A DNA stretch of 64,000 nt from Proteromonas lacertae (taxonomy: Eukaryota). The stretch covers positions 1-64,000 of the forward strand of contig NGBS01000005.1 in NCBI GenBank assembly GCA_002245135.1, read 5' to 3'. The position numbers and the translations under genes were made by a program. The notes below the pieces were generated by a model that had not been told where the DNA came from, ran no database searches, and worked only from the letters and a program-made list of their open reading frames with translations. Of the stretch, positions 24,017-37,478 are shown one piece after another; the stretch's first letter is position 1; every line of letters starts with the position of its first letter.

Positions 24017-26041
24017 TTATGAACTAGGTTGTAGTTGTTGTCTTTCTAGCTCCTTTGGTAATACACCATTGTTTAGATTCTTTAACTCTGTTTCATATTG
24101 ATCTCTTTCTTTCTCTAATCCTTCAATTTGATCAGTATATTCTTTAGTCTTTTGCAAGTCTTCTTGTATAAGAGTTTGAGATAAAGGAACAACTTGTTGA
24201 TATACATTTGGATTTATTATTATATAATTACCATTCTCACTATTCTGATAGAAGAAATCATTTGTGTCTGTACAAATAAACTCAAACCAAGTTCCATCTT
24301 TTGTATAAAATGCTTTTGCTTTGTTATATTTGTTTCCTAATTTTTTATCTTCACAGAGTTTATTAATTCTATCTTGTTCATTTCTTTCTATTTGCAGTTG
24401 TTCATTAATTGCTTTTAACCTTGATAAATGATAATTATTTTTTGTTTCAGTTAACTATAAATAAATATATTAACAACTAAGAATATATATATACATATTG
24501 TATTTTTTGATTCAATGAAATAATTCTATTCTTTAAAATACCTTTTTGTGTTTTATCTATTGCAGTACCATCTAAAGACACAACTAATGGCGATTCTTCA
24601 TCATCTGGATCAGCAGGAATGGCTTGTGACATATCTATATCATCATCATCTATTACATTCTTAGGTGGTTTATTACTAGATGATGATGTTGTTGGTCTTG
24701 AACCATTTCCAGGTGTTTTCTTACGTGGAGTTGTTTGTGTTCCATCTTCAGATTTTGGGGTTTTCTTTCTTCTTGGTTTTATTGAATTTGCTGATGTTGG
24801 TTTCTTCTTTTGAATGACCAAAGGTTCAGGATCTTTATCTTCATTATCATTATCAAAGTATGATAAATCATCTTCGTCTTCATCATCATCTACAACATCT
24901 AATGATTCATCTTCAAGATACATATCATCATAATAAGGATTATCATCTTCTAAAATTGGTGGATTATTCTTCAATTCTTCCTTTAACTCTTTATCTATCA
25001 ATTTCATTCCTCTTAAAAACTTTTTATGATATTTTGCTTGGATTAATATGAATTGTGGATCTAAACAGTCTTCATCTTCTTCTGGTTCAAGGATTGTTTC
25101 ACAACCTTCATCTTCTAACTCAAAACCTGTTTCTAATCCAACTCCAGTCATTAACCTTTCTAACTCAGATACTTGTCTTGTTACTGTTTCTCTTCTTTCA
25201 TATTGAGATATTAAACTGTTTCTTGCGAAGTTTAGTTGTTGAATATGTTGTAATACCAATGGATCAATTTGTCTTGATTGTTGGATTGTAGTTATACACT
25301 CATATAAAATAGCTAAAAACTCAGTTGTAGAAAGTGACATTAATTTTCTAGTTATATAACAAAACTCAGCTAAATCGATATATCCATCGCAATTTAAATC
25401 ACATTCTAAATATTCATTCATTAATTCTACATCTAATTTGTCTCTATGAAAAGCAGCTGATAATAAACTATAATCTTTAAATTCCAATAAATTATCACTA
25501 TTTTCATCAACCATCACGAATAGTATTTCTACTAATTCCATTATTTCTGGATCAAAATTCAATTCTGCATCTGGATCAATAGGAAATGATAAATAATCAT
25601 CTCCTTCCTTTAATGAAAATACAGTTGGACTGGATCTTGAATCTGAGTAAGCTCCTGACTTACGAGCATTTTCATTTTTTGATTTCATACGTATTGGAGA
25701 GTATTGTTCCCATATTTCTATGTATTAGTAATAAACATTTATAAAATTATACGTTTTCTTCTATACAACATCTGATATCTCTGTAATAATTTTCCATTGT
25801 GCTAGATAATATATATTTACTAAAATTATACTTCTCTTTCTACATTAGCAGAAATTTTCTCTAAGTGGTTTTGAAATGTATCACTTGCTATAAATTATAA
25901 TTAAATATATAGAATACCATAATATGGACAGTTTTTTATATCTTTACTTGTAGGAATGAAAGCATCAACAGGAGATGGATTTAAAGAACCCTGTGCTGCA
26001 ATCGTTGTTGAAGATTGATGTTTTGTTGGTCCAGGGTACAT
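24017..26041 (-). CDS. EF-hand protein, paralog of the 18707-22864 gene
   Basis: ATG 26041 (MYPGPTKHQ...). Three short 5' introns lead into the 403-aa ORF with EF loops DENSDNLLEFKD and DLNCDGYIDLAE. The last exon ends ...QLQPSS* with the stop at 24017. Confidence 0.75.
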
Positions 26042-26131
26042 AATATTTTACTTAAAACACAACTATAAAATTCTTAAAATAGTTTTTTATTCTTTATAAC
26101 GAATTGACGAAACGATTACTTTTTCAAAAAT

Positions 26132-26992
26132 ATGTTGGGACAAATAATTAAAAGAACAATGAAGGTATAAATTCTCATTATATCTGTTTGTTTGAATAGT
26201 ATTTTACACAAATAGAAGCTCAAAATTTCGATAAAGAATTAATGACTATACCTGGCTTTTCTGTTGATCAACTTATGGAATTAGCAGGATTATCTGTCGC
26301 TTCATCCATTGAATCTGTTTATTCACGTCCACAATATAATAAAGTTCTTGTATTATGTGGTCCAGGCAATAATGGAGGTGATGGATTAGTTGCTGCCAGA
26401 CATTTAAAGCATTTTGGTTTTGATCCAACAATGTACTATCCAAAAAGAGGTTCTAGTGATGAAGCGGTTCGTTTATATGGAGTATATTGTGATTTAATAT
26501 AGTAGAATCTAGTAAAGCAACTGGAAGACATGGAAATTCCATTTGTAGATGAAATCAAGTCTGAGTATTACTTATCTATAAAAAAATAATCATTAATATA
26601 GAGATCACTTAAATGAGTTTGATATATTAGTAGATGGTATATTTGGCTTTAGTTTCCATGGAAAACCTCGTGAACCATTTAATAGTGTGATTAATTATAT
26701 GAACAAATGTTCAAAACCAATAGTATGTATAGATATCCCATCAGGTTGGGATGTAGAAAAAGGAAATAGCGAAGGAAATGGATTAACATCTCCAGAAACA
26801 CTTGTATCATTAACAACACCAAAATTATGTGCCAAAGAGTTTAAAGGTAAATATCATTTTCTTGGAGGTAGATTTATTCCATTGTATTAATAATATTTAT
26901 TTAATTTAATGTTAAATAGGAAAATGATGAAAAAATATGAGTTAGATATCCCTAAATATGAAGGATCAAAACAATTTGTTTTATTAAATTAA
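26132..26992 (+). CDS. NAXE: NAD(P)H-hydrate epimerase (YjeF_N family)
   Basis: Motifs [69 protein letters not shown]. Four short introns. Confidence 0.93.
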
Positions 26993-27079
26993 TTTTAATT
27001 TGTATTATTTTTTTTTGTATGTTTTAGGCTATGATAATATATAAAAATGAATAAAACAAAATATAACAAACAAATCTAA

Positions 27080-30000
27080 TTAATGTGTTATTGTTAAGTG
27101 AGGATATAAAGAATTTAATCCAATACAATACTCATGACCTTTATCATTGAATATATTCCCTCTCAAACTCAGATTTCTTAAATATAATACTAATTGAGGA
27201 TTATCATTCAAATATTTAATTCCTTCTGAACCTATTTTATTACTCTCTAGATTTAATGATGTCAATGATTTAATTAAAGTTAATCGTTGACATAAATACA
27301 TAAATGATCCTGTGCAAATCTGAGAATTACTCAACTTTAGTTCTTTTAATAATGAAATGTATTTAAAATGATCTACTAATGAAGTTAGACTTGATTCTGA
27401 TAGTTTATTTCCAGAAAATGACAGTATTCTGAGTTGAGATACGTATTTTATATTCTTTGCAAAACAAATAATACCATCATTATCTATATTATTATCTATA
27501 CAAATACAATAACATAAACATTACAAATACTTTCACAATTGAATGATCTAAGATAAGGTAAATGAGAGAGTTGATTCGAAAAACTAATAATTCCATCAGA
27601 ACATATGGTGTTTTCATTGACATTAAGGGAATTTAACTTTGTTATACATGATAAATAATTACTTAAACTAATCATTCCTTTGATTTTTATTGAATTCTCT
27701 TTCAAACTAAGTTTCTCAAGATTTGGAAAGCAAGAAAAATTTTCTGCTATTAGTGTCATTATTGTTGAATTAATTGAATTGTCTATTATAAATAAGAATA
27801 ATATATATATCAATATACTAATCAACTTAAGACATTTTAATGATGGAGTATATCTTAGAAAATTATGTCCGAAACAGAGTTGTGTATATGAAAATCCTGA
27901 ATCTATTTGGATATAATTCTAAGCAAATAAAATACAGGATATGTCCAAATACACCAATGCAGGTAAGAAAATCACTCTTTCAGACATTATTTTCAACCCA
28001 TCAATCCCTATTGGATTGGCTATACAAATATATGTTATATTCTTAAAAAAATAATATATACATCTTAATACTATTGTACTTAAGCACTTTAAACAATTAT
28101 TTGAAACAGCATCACATAAATAACTCATACACTTTGGTGTTAAAACAGTATCTAAAATATATAAAATGAATATAACAAATACATTGCAAATCTATAGATT
28201 TAAGCAAAGGTAAATATATAAAATTCTTTGTCATTTCTCTATATCCATCATCACATATAGAATTAGCTCTTAGATACAGCTTTTTAAGATTCGATATATT
28301 CGAAAAGTAATTACTAAGACATGAAATACCTTCTACATATATAGAATTAGCTGTTAAATCTAATATTTCAAGTTTACTAATGCAACTAATATACTTACAT
28401 ATTTCTATTATTCCAATATTACCAATTGAATTATTCCCTAAATTTAAATACTCTAAATTTGTCAATGCAGTTAATTCTTTACTTATACTCTGAGCACCTT
28501 CTATTCCGATTATATTTTCTAGTATAAGAATAAGAAATGTTACAAAAAATACTATTTACATTTAGATGAATTAAATTCTTTAAATAGGAAATATTCTTAC
28601 ACAAACTAACCATCCCCTCTGTTTGTATTTTATTATTATCTATTTCTAGAACATAAAGTGATGATATAAGCTGTAAATATTTACTGAGTAAAGAAGCTCC
28701 ATTAGTATTGATGGAATTATTTGATAAAGTCAATTGATACAATTGAGTGTAATACTGAAAATAACTAGTTAATAAAACCATTCCTTTTGCATTTAGACCC
28801 ACAGAAGGAATTTGAAGTATTTTTAATGATCTCAGTCTAGGTTTATTAACTATATCTCTTTCTTCTGGTTCTTTCTGAAGTTTATTATAACCTAAGTTTA
28901 AATCAACAATTGTAGAAAGCATATTATGATGATTTGAAAAACACTGAAATCCATTATATGTAATTCCATTATCCTTAAAATTTATGGTTGTCAGGTTTTG
29001 TAATTTACTCACAACTTCATAGAAATAGCGTATTCCAATATCACCTAAGAAATTGTCTATTTAATATCATAATATACAAATACTTTCAATATAAAACTGT
29101 GATAGATTCTGTAAGTTTGTTAATCGTGTAAAGAACTTGTAAGTTTTTTCGCCAGTTATATAATTATTGGATAAATCCAATACTACCAATTTTGTCATAT
29201 GTTTGAATAGTTTTGATAAATGCAAAATATCATAATCTTTAAGATAATTGTTTGATAAATTCAGATAATTTAAAGTATAGAGTGAAGGATTAACATTGGA
29301 GTTGTATGGCATAATACATAAAGCTATATAGATAGTTAAACTGAATTAATATTTATATAATAAATACAATGATAAAACCTATATAAAACACTTTTCTTTT
29401 TTTCTCCAACATGCTTGACAAATTTTGTAACACCTTCTTCACCAATATTATTGTCTATAAATATAAATACAGAATATAAAAATACAACCCAATTCAAGAT
29501 GTTCAAGGCTTGTAAGAAAAGAGAAATTATTACCAAATGAATTAAAAACTTCATCATCTATAGAATTATCTAAAAGAATACAACCATAATTTGTATATAT
29601 ACAAGCAATATTAATTGTTCGTAGATTTGTTAATAAACTTAATTTCTCTGTTAAATATAAAGCGCCTTCTTTACTTAAATTATTAAATGTAACAGTTCCA
29701 TCATTTGAACAATAACCTTCAAATGATAATAACTGTATCTCACTAATGTAACTATAATTCTCAATAAGATATTTCAATCCATTATATCCTAAATGATTTC
29801 CAGCTAAATTTAATGCAACTAAATTTGTTAAAGAGTTTATATGCTGACATAATGTCACGATTGAAGGAAAAGTTAAACTACATTCTATAATACATATATT
29901 TATATAAATAATACTTTTAAGAATTAAAAGAATTAATTTACTGATGTACTGAAAGGAGTTAGAGATATATTTTGTGTCTATTGGTGATAGAGCAACATCT

Positions 30001-31152
30001 ATATTACAATTAATATATAAAATTATACTGCTGATATGAAGCTCTGTTAAATTTTGAAATGAATGTAACAAAAATGAATAATGTGGAATATTTGATGCAT
30101 ATAAACACTTCTTATTTTCACAATTCTTATTACATTTATAGCTACTACCTGTATGTACAATACATTTTGAATGTATTGAATCATAAATCAATAGATTATG
30201 AATATCATTAAAGGATTTTTCTGTTTTTTCTTCTATCTTATACTTATTCACTATCTCCATTACTTCATTTGGAGAAATTCTTTCTGTAGACTTAAATTTT
30301 ATACATTTTCTAATAATATCTAAAATAAAAGATGGGATATCTTTATATAACAAGAAGTTTAACCTATCTAAATATATATTTATATCTTTTTTCATTGATA
30401 AATATAAACTTCTGATATTCATGGAATTAAACAACTCTGTACCTGTAATAAAATAATATAAAACATTTCCAAATGACCAAATATCTGTGGAAATAGATAT
30501 ATCTTTACACAATATCATTTCTGGACTAGAAAACTGTAATGTTGATAAAGGAATTTGAATCATCTTTGAGTTATACATATAATATTGTAATTGATCTGAT
30601 AAATATAATTTAAAATGATCTAATGAAGTGAATTGTATAAAAACATTAGATGGCTTGATATTTCCATGAATGAAATGCAAAGAATCCAGTGAAAATAGTG
30701 ACTGTGTAAATTTACTAATAAAATGGACTATAAAACATCTGTCTGTCATATATTCGATGGTAGGAGTAGAATTATATAAGTATTTTGAAGTAATATGAAT
30801 ATCAGTAACTGTAGAAAATAGTTTAGATGGTAAAATATTCTTGCAGCTATTATTAATTGTTCGAAAATCATCTATCTACATAAATAATATTGCTACAAAT
30901 ATACATATTTCACAATTGTTGTAGAATATGGTTTTAATCGTTTTATCTTCTTAACTACCATTTTTTCTCCTGTTAAAATAGTTTTTATGCTTGTTATATG
31001 ATCATGTGAATAATTTGTTATAATCTCTTCCTAAATAATCATAGATACCTATTAATACTCTTAATATATCACTATTATCGCTTTTACCCTATTTAATACA
31101 TAAAATAAGCAGAATATACAGAATGTGAGTGTAAATCTATGTGGTTTGACAT
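27080..31152 (-). CDS. N-terminal pseudokinase fused to a long ribonuclease-inhibitor/NLRC3-type LRR array
   Basis: Kinase motifs VVKK, HGNIKPSN, LSDQL, SPE, DIWSFG. These are followed by many ~28-aa LxxLxLxxNxIxxxG repeats split by tiny introns. Start MSNHIDLH at 31152 is inferred through two introns. Confidence 0.8.
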
Positions 31153-31335
31153 AGTTCTTCTTTCAGTGACTATAATATAATACACTAATATATAAAATCT
31201 TCTCAGAAACACTAAAAAACACAAATTATGTTCAAAAAGACAATTTCTTTCTCTTCTTTTCCATTTACTAAACATAAGCAAAAAAAGAATGAATAAATAC
31301 ACTTTAAATTATTAACAATTTAAAAAATGAATAAG

Positions 31336-33561
31336 TTAAGTCGCTTTACCAAATGCAATTTTGTTTTGTTTGTGAATTCTTCTATTATTGCCCTTTTCCG
31401 TCTTTGTATAAGCCATCATATAGTTTCTCTCCTCATTAGACAGTGCTTTTTCAGTATTTGCTTTGGGAGATGTATTATCAACTACTGATATTGTGGCAGT
31501 GTTATTATTATTTATTGGAGGGAATATAGTATTATTATTATTCATAAAATGAACTTCATTGTTATTATCCTCAGAATTAGTATTATCTTCAAACCATTTA
31601 TTGAACTGGTTTATAAATTCATTTTTATATCTTTCAGATACATTATTTAAATAGTCTAATTGTGATTTAAGATCTTCATATTCAGTATAAGCAGTACGAT
31701 AATTCTTCTTTTGTTCTTTCAATCCTGTTAATATGTTGTTATCTTCATTATTTGTTGATGTATTGTTTGATATAGATGTAAGTCTGTCAATATTTCTATA
31801 TAAAATATTAAATTGACATATTAATATTATATATATATACGCTTTATATGTATTTATTTTATTTTTCAATTCCTTCAATTGTAATTTCACACTCTTTACA
31901 CTAGATTTTGAATCATTCCAAAATGCATATTGAGTCTTTCCATCATTATCTCTATAATATGTTAATGCATCTTCTTTATTCATTAATTTGATTGGATTTA
32001 CTTCATTCATTGTTGTAGATTCAACTGGTGCACTTTGAGTAACTCTTTGTTGTTGTATTTTCATTGGTGATGATTCTGTAGATGTTACTGTAGATGATGA
32101 AATTGGATTAATACTTCTATCATTATACAACTCTTTAAATAATTCAAATATTGTTGTTACTTGTCTTAATGAAGTAATCTAATAATACTAATACTAATAA
32201 TATATATACATCTATATCTACATCATTATGTAAATAACCCAACAGTTGTTGTTTTAACGATTGTTTTTCTTTATCAGAATATGGTTCATAGGATTGTGTT
32301 GGATTATTATGTATAATATCATAACAAGCTAACTCATCTTTCAATAACGATATTTCATTTTTCAATTGCTTAATATATTCACTATTACCACTTTCAGATT
32401 TATTCAATTTTATTTTATTCTTTATTTTCTTCATTCTTGCAGCAAATCTTAATGTTGATACAGAATCATCAAAATGTCTGTCTTCTGGCCATAAACAAGC
32501 AATTAACAAAGTCTCACTATTTCCACCTAATGAATCTCTAAGATATGTTGTTAATTTACTTTGTCTATAAGGTATATGTTCTCTTGATTTATTGGTTAAA
32601 GCAATCACTACTTGTTCTAAGTAAGATAATGATTGGTTTATATATTTAGCTTCTTCAAATACATCTCCTTCTGATAATGTTTTATCTACTCTTTCACTAC
32701 CAGCTAAATCTACTAAATTGATCTTCGAATATTTTGATTCACCTGCATTACCAGATGGAGGTTCCATTTGTAGATATAATGTAAATATACAATGTGATCT
32801 TGTGGATGAATTATTTAACATATGCGAAGCTATAGCTCTGTTTGATTCACCTTCAAATAATGCATTTAATGCATCACTTTCAGATTTTATTGTTATATAT
32901 TTTACTCCTTTCATAATAATATTATGATGTTTATCTTCTAGTAAATTTATCTCTGGTAAACATGATGATTCATTTGATTGTAATAAGTCATAAATACTGT
33001 CATTGTATATCTCTATATAACTCAATCTTACAGAAATAACAACATCTTTGGTTTCTTCAATTGATTTGAATAATTGACTGATCATTCTTGGAATTATTCC
33101 TCTTTCACTATAATTACTATTGCCAGTCTATTCATATATTAACTCATATAGTTACATACCATTGTGTATGTTTTTCCTGAACCTGTCTGACCATAAGCCA
33201 TTATTGTTCCATTATATCCTTCCAAAGATCGATTCAAGACTTTGTAGCCACAATGTAAAAATACATTCTCCTGAGTTGTGTCAACTAGAATATCATCATA
33301 TGTGTAAGATAAAACATTGTTTCTTCTATTTGCTTTATCTGTTGATGAACTACCAGCTTTTGGATCGATTATTACATTCTATTAATTTTTTATAATACAT
33401 CTATAAGTACATTTTTATCTATATTGAATTTAATCCTTTCTGTAGGTGGAGCATCTTCAGGACTGGGTCTTACTCTGATACAACTACCTTATAGAAATAT
33501 ATAAATGATACACATTAATAGATGACATTTGATTGCTTTCTTTTGTTGCTTCATCTTCCAT
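31336..33561 (-). CDS. KIF9: Kinesin-9 (KIF9/KLP1-like) motor
   Basis: Motifs VCIRVRP, AYGQTGSGKTYTM, NRAIASHMLNNSSTRSHCIFT, DLAGSER, YINQSLSYLEQVVIAL, HIPYRQSKLT. The tail KEQKKNYRTAYTEYEDLKSQLDY...NQFNKWF resembles the KIF9/KIF6 C-terminal coiled coil. Confidence 0.85.
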
Positions 33562-33693
33562 TTCTTTAAAAATAATTCAAAAACAGAAATGAAACCACTA
33601 TATTTTTAAAAACAAAAATTCTTAATAACTATAAACAATACAACATTGATATATACTAAACTTATTTATTTATATATATTTATTTAATAATAA

Positions 33694-34187
33694 CTACAAC
33701 GCAACTGGTTGACTTTGATTTATTGGTTGAGGTTCTTCAGATTCTCTTTCACCTTCTTCTTCATTTTCATCCTCTTCAATATCTCTCTGATCTACTGCAT
33801 CTACTGGTATCCACGGTTTTGTTGGAACAATAAACAAATTCATAATGACTGGAATTACTTCTGGTTCAGGTCTTGTGTCTTTGATTTTATATGCTCTTAA
33901 TGCTGTTTCAGTGATTTGATGATAAGATATACTTTTTACATCAAATAATAGAAAGAATAAAAACAAAATGCCAAAACTCCAAAATAAAAAACTAATTGAA
34001 TCTATAAATTATAAAAATATAGAATTATACTAACTAATGCAAAAGTATCCATATTTTCAAATTGATATTTTATTGAAAAATAATACATAAAGAAATAAAT
34101 TTTGGGGAAATATTTCATTGTAATTGCAGATCTGATGAATAAGAGAGAAACATAATCAACGAATAAAGTAACAAATAAACTAAATCA

Positions 34188-34222
<35 letters not shown>

Positions 34223-35179
34223 CATTGATGGAACAAATGAATTATCAAATGATAAACCACTTTCTAATAACATTTCTCCAAGGATTAATATTAGAAATAT
34301 ATATAGCAAATATAATATTACATAAACAAATGGATGTTTTTTACTTCGCATTAATCGATGTGTTCTATTTTATTATAAATATATAAATATATAAATAAAT
34401 ACGGTGTATCAAATCTTCGTAAAAACAAATCCATCATAAAATCCATTGAATCAACAATCATTCTAACCACATATGCACATAATGTAGTATTGTAAATGAA
34501 ATACACTATTGATAGTAACAATGCAGAAATATGCTGTAAGAATTTTGAACCGTATGAATCTGGTGGATTATATTCCACCCAGTTATCATAAAAATATCCA
34601 TCAGTTCTTACAGAGCCACTACAATCGAATGTATTCATTAAATAAATCCTTAGAATTTCAAATCGGAATATCTATACAAAAAAAAAATGATTAAAAAAAG
34701 ACAAAATACTTTTGCTATAGTTTTATCAAAAGATGATTTTACACATAAATCAGGTAATACTGCAGAATATTCGGTGAAGTTAAATTCCATTAGATCATTT
34801 TCACTCATTGCACCTAATTTGTTATTGAAATAGAATTGATAAGCTTTATTTGATATTCCTGGAATTGTTATAACTAGCATATCAGTCACATTAAAATCAC
34901 CAGGATCCATTGCATATTCCGTAGATAGATAATCTGCTATGCATCCTTTCTTATCATCAAAAGTAACATGTAAATAAATTAATAGAGCTGTAAATAATGC
35001 TCCTATTGCTATTAACACAAATCTAATAAACACTAAAGAAAATTACAATACATTAGGCAATAACACACTCTTGCACACCATTTAGACGACTAAATAGGAA
35101 AATAAGCTGATTTTAATACCATTGTTATGCTCTCACTGATCATTTCAGTTTGTTTAAACAAAAACTTCTCTACTTCCAT
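33694..35179 (-). CDS. Membralin (TMEM259)-like multipass ER membrane protein
   Basis: Starts MEVEKFLF. First TM ends LLIYLHVTF and is followed by a Cys, a luminal domain with GYFYD, several TM segments and a Tyr-rich FFMYYFSIKYQF segment. This layout resembles membralin. Confidence 0.55.
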
Positions 35180-35278
35180 ATTTAACTCAGAAAAAAAAAT
35201 AATGTGAATTTTACGAAAAAAAGTTTTGTTAAACCCATTTCAAAAAAAAATAAAAAACGATACAACTGTTAAAAACTA

Positions 35279-36356
35279 TCAACAAAGATTTGATCTATAT
35301 ATATGTAACGGTATTTGATGAACTAAATATTTTTCTTCCGATATAAGTACTTCAATTTGTAGATAATACTATAATAGAATAAGCATTACAAAACATACAG
35401 AAATATTCAACTGAACAGTCAAATTATCATCAATATTAGTTATTGGTGAATTATAATGTGGTGTGAATAAATAACTACTCAAATGAAATCTAAAAGGAAT
35501 AGAATCAGCTAAACTCATAACTCCATCAACTATTTCATATTTGAATATACTACTAACTTTATCAAACATTTTGTTATTAATAGAAACATTTTCTCTTCTT
35601 AGTATATTGATTTGAATTGTATTATAAACAATATTATTATTCTTTATACATACAATTGAACCAGTGATAAAATCATTCAATATTCCTCTAAATATTATAT
35701 TATATATATATATACATTTCACTATCTAAATAGAATTTAAATAATAATAAATCAGCAATTCCAAAAATAACAACTGAATCTGTAATGCATCTTGGTATCT
35801 ATTTCAAATGAATAACAAAAATAATACTGTTTGAATATGAGATATCCATATTGGAAATCTATCTACATAATCTTCTGTTGGTAATCTGATTTTAATGTAT
35901 AAATAATATGATATAGAAAACAAATCACCTACAAAAGAGTCAAAAATTGGTAAAATTGAGTCTATTTTAAATTCAAGCTCCTATTCAACAGAATAAACTG
36001 AGTTATGAATACTTGTTGTTTTTGAAGTATTCCTTGAAGACACTTATAACCTAAGAAACTAAAAATTTTGACATAAAATGAATCTTTCTTTTTGTTTTTG
36101 GAAGTTATAACACATTTTAAACCAATTTTTATTCCATCATGCTTTATTTCACTTTTACTATTTACTTTACATAAACCAATTAGTGTATTAAATGACTAAT
36201 TTAGCATATATATATATATAACGATGTTAATACTTCATATGTAGGATGAATTACATTTTGATCTTCTTCGTTTTTGTGAAACAAACTAACTGGAAGAGGA
36301 TTATCAATAAACCATTTACACACTATCTTTTTATGTGTCTTCATACGATCCCACAT
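35279..36356 (-). CDS. Divergent VPS26-family (arrestin-fold retromer subunit) protein
   Basis: KHDGIKI, FDSFVG...YYL, GIADLL, LNDFITGSI, YEIVDG...SIPFRFHL...TP and LHIYR occur in the same order as VPS26 motifs EHQGIRI, YESYIG, GIEDCL, LKDVIVGKI, YEIMDG..ESIPIRLFL and ILWR. Confidence 0.7.
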
Positions 36357-36506
36357 TATTTTTTATAATTACCTAAACAGACGTGTGTTTTATACTACGT
36401 TTTATTAAAAAAGAAAAAAACTAAAATGCTTGGCTTGTATTTTGTTGTACTTTAATAGTAAGAAACAATCAAAAAAGAATATAACAATAACATTATTAGA
36501 TATTAA

Positions 36507-37478
36507 TTACACTTTTTCAGTTGTATTGTTTTTAGTATTCATATACTCCCATTTCTTGATATTTCTACAATAAATGCACAATTTAGCAAAAGTATAACTA
36601 GCATATTTACTTTTCTTCACAAATGATGTAACAGGTTTATAATGTTTCAATCTTTCACATCTTCTCCCAAATCCAACTTGATTAACCATCTCCCAATCAT
36701 ACAACAACTTTCTATTCATTCCAACAGCACATTTTAAACAAATAAAACCTTGATCAGTGATAAAACAATCTACTTTTGATTTGTTTTTACAACAAACATA
36801 GCAAAGTACCATAGTCTTTTCTAATTCTCCATATTCTTTAATCACTTTTTCTGATGGTTCAGTAGATGTATCTGTCATATTTATTAATTCATCTGATTCA
36901 AATCCAATCACATCCAATTCAGGAGGTAATACAAAGGGAGGTTGTGATGATTGTAAACTACCAAGCATTGATGGATATGAACCAACAAGAGTGTTTTGAG
37001 ATTTTACAGTTGATGTTGTGATTTGTTGAGGTATTTCTGGTTCTGTCGTTGGTGGTGATGGAAATACAGGTTCCACAGCATTATCACTACTCTTTAGTGG
37101 ATATAAAGGATCATATCTACCTCGGTTTTGCTCAAATGGCAAAGGTAGAGAATCAGAATTAGAATTTGAAAAAGAATTACTTGAAAAATTATTCTCATTT
37201 ACACTTTGGAAGAGATTGAATTTTTGTGTTGATGATGACAATGATAAACCCTCAAAAGTACTTGAATCATCGTTGTATCTTCTTATTTGTGATTTGGTTA
37301 GGTCATTTGATATTCTAATAGACCCAAAATCCCCACTTAACCCTTCATCTGAATTATCATCTATTTTTACTGAAGAATGAGGAGTTCTGTCTCTTGTTCT
37401 AATACTGGAGTGTAAATCTGGTTGATCATTGTGCGACATATCATAATCTGATATGCTTGTAATTTTTTTATCACTCAT
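36507..37478 (-). CDS. Ser/Pro-rich protein with C-terminal Cys-rich putative zinc fingers
   Basis: Intronless 323-aa ORF ending in CYVC...C...CLKC...CERLKHYK...LCIYCRNIK. Confidence 0.8.
   Translation of the reverse strand: MSDKKITSISDYDMSHNDQPDLHSSIRTRDRTPHSSVKIDDNSDEGLSGDFGSIRISNDLTKSQIRRYNDDSSTFEGLSLSSSTQKFNLFQSVNENNFSSNSFSNSNSDSLPLPFEQNRGRYDPLYPLKSSDNAVEPVFPSPPTTEPEIPQQITTSTVKSQNTLVGSYPSMLGSLQSSQPPFVLPPELDVIGFESDELINMTDTSTEPSEKVIKEYGELEKTMVLCYVCCKNKSKVDCFITDQGFICLKCAVGMNRKLLYDWEMVNQVGFGRRCERLKHYKPVTSFVKKSKYASYTFAKLCIYCRNIKKWEYMNTKNNTTEKV

Noticed and set aside
34192..34219. (TA)n microsatellite
   Set aside because: A simple repeat inside a probable intron of the membralin-like gene, unremarkable in AT-rich DNA.
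27080..35722. Stop-codon reassignment as the cause of fragmented ORFs
   Set aside because: The breaks are explained by short GT-AG introns, and multi-kb exons are open in the standard code.
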